A stretch of 64,000 bases of DNA from Geosiphon pyriformis uo1 (Eukaryota; Fungi; Glomeromycota): NCBI GenBank assembly GCA_016748015.1, contig JAAOMT010000436.1, forward strand, positions 2,003,511 through 2,067,510, in the 5' to 3' direction. The position numbers and the translations under genes were made by a program. Positions 62,173 to 64,000 of the stretch are shown here, piece by piece (position 1 is the stretch's first letter; every line of letters starts with the position of its first letter). The notes beneath the pieces were generated by a model. The model was given only the letters and a program-made list of their open reading frames with translations, made no database searches and had not been told where the DNA came from.

Positions 62173-62675
62173 GCATATTTAGAACCACTCTTTCAATATA
62201 TCTGAGAAACCAGCAGTTTTGCCATCAGACAGATAAGAAATTACACCAAACAGTTCATCAAAACCAATCAAACACATAATACTAGAAAAAACTTCATCAA
62301 AAACATATTTCAAAGGCTGATATTGACAGCTCTAATCTCCAGAGACATTATCAATTACTCAACACTTCTTAGTTCAATCCTCCATGATCACATTCACTTT
62401 AGACTTAACCAAATTGGGTTCCAGAATCAGTTCATCATCAACTACTAAATGATCAAGCACCACTTTGCGAAATAGATGCTCCAGCATGCTTCTGATTGTA
62501 TGGCCTTTATTCACCTTGAAACTTTCTATTCTCTTATTTATAGCAGACCTGATGTTTGCCTCCTTAGCCCTCAGAAACTCAGCAAGCTTGGATGCATGAT
62601 AAGACTTTCTAGCCACAAAAAGAGCAGAACAAACACTAAGAGAGCCAGTATCAGAGTCCACTATATTTTGTATGA
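62173..62675 (-). mobile_element. LINE copy 3 continuation (region upstream of RT)
   Basis: NKGHTIRSMLEHLFRKVVLDHLVV matches copies 1 and 2. Confidence 0.9.
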
Positions 62676-64000
62676 TGTTATTCATAGAATAGAAGAAGTA
62701 TATTATTATTAGCAAGTAGAGATTAGCCAATCAGAAGTAGATGTAGTAAATGTGGAATTCCAGAATTCCTCTCAGAGGAATTGCAGGATTCCAGGAATTT
62801 CAGAATTTTCTGGCGAGAAATCACAGGATTCTAGAATTCCAGGATTCTTCTCATCAGGAATCACAGAATTCCAGGAATCCCAGGATTCCTGTTGCAAGAA
62901 ATTGAAAAATTGAGGAATCTTAAATATGTATATATAGCAGTAGCATTAGAAGCAGAAAAAACAGAATTGACACCAAGAATCCTTAGCTTAGTTACCACAA
63001 TTCTCAAATAAATAATTATTTGCTATATCAAATTCATTCTTTACTATCAACATGAAGTGTTGATAGTAACTGATACTTAACCATACTGGAACAAAAGTTC
63101 TTGATTGTGGCTATTAATGGGATACTAACTTGCAAATTGCCTTGGCTTATTTTTTATTTTTTCTTTTATCTTTTCTGTATTTTCTTTGTTGTCTACTAAC
63201 TTGATTAAAGGATTTACTCTTGGAGAACTTATGGAGGAATAAAACTTACTTTAAACAATACTTACTCTTGGAAAACTTATGGAAGAATAAACTTGCTTAA
63301 ACAATACTTACTCTTGGAGGACTTACAGAGGAACTGACCTCAGAAAACAGTACTAATATACACTTATAGAGGATATTATACTAGGAGAATCATCAACCAT
63401 CAAGCTGAACCAGCAATTGATGAAACTACAGTTTCAGAAAACTACTGATAAACTGTTACCATTGAATCTCTGTTTATTATACAAAGAACTCGATTAGAAA
63501 ACCTTTAGATAAAATATCTTCTGATTATCATCAGCACTAATCGCTTTGAGCACCAAGTTATGGGTTTGTTATTCACTTGACACCCTAAAGAATCACTTGT
63601 AACATTTGATGCTCTCTGTGAGGTATAATCTTACAGAGAACCAGCACCAACACAAATCTAAAAGTGGCAGAATCAGAAAACATAGGAGCCAACCACTTAA
63701 GATTCACAAAATTCTTGTTTCAATAATACAACCAACAATTAGAATTAAACAGTAATCACTACCCAGCCGAATCAGCCTTCAACTATTACGTCAACAATAA
63801 AATCACAGACTGTTTAGGAGGAACTATTAATATCGAGTCAGCAAGAGAAAATTTCTATACAGAATTATTTCAACACACCAGCTTATCAAGAAATCACAGT
63901 TTTGCCCCAATCATCAGGGAAATCAATCAAACCATTGAAAGATACATGCAACAACAATTTCCCATTACCTATGCAGACAAAAATAAAGGAAGAATACAAA
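62676..64000 (+). mobile_element. Ty3/Gypsy element C: 5' LTR 62676-63604, PBS 63605-63623, gag start; truncated by window end
   Basis: TGTTA...GTAACA LTR related to element B; KVAESENIGANHL..AESAFNYYVN gag homology. Confidence 0.9.

Overview
AT-rich eukaryotic (fungal) DNA with short GT-AG introns. It looks like Mucoromycota/Glomeromycotina; from memory the transposon families resemble those of Geosiphon pyriformis, but I could not verify this. A CpG-retaining gene island (~19.3-39.3 kb) holds GET5/MDY2, a RUS1/DUF647 gene, RPA3, three uncharacterised intronless genes, a kelch membrane protein, ROM2-type RhoGEF and an F-box gene. It is flanked by two blocks of nested retroelements decayed by C>T/G>A mutation. 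These comprise three minus-strand LINEs (APE-RT-RNase H), two full-length and one truncated Ty3/Gypsy elements, two solo LTRs, an LTR fragment and a pogo relic. Two candidates stand out. (1) A ~520-nt intergenic segment (23190-23712) folds into a closed multibranch structure with three different hairpins carrying the identical apical motif CCAGUAUGGUC, plus an upstream complementary 8-mer; it is a candidate unannotated structured RNA. (2) The Gypsy elements share an unusual architecture: 4-bp TSDs, gag apparently starting inside the LTR with an intron that removes the U5 end and PBS, a Cys-rich domain plus dUTPase between protease and RT, integrase as a separate ORF, and a conserved extra 3' ORF. 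All calls are from reading by eye; no folding or database search was run.
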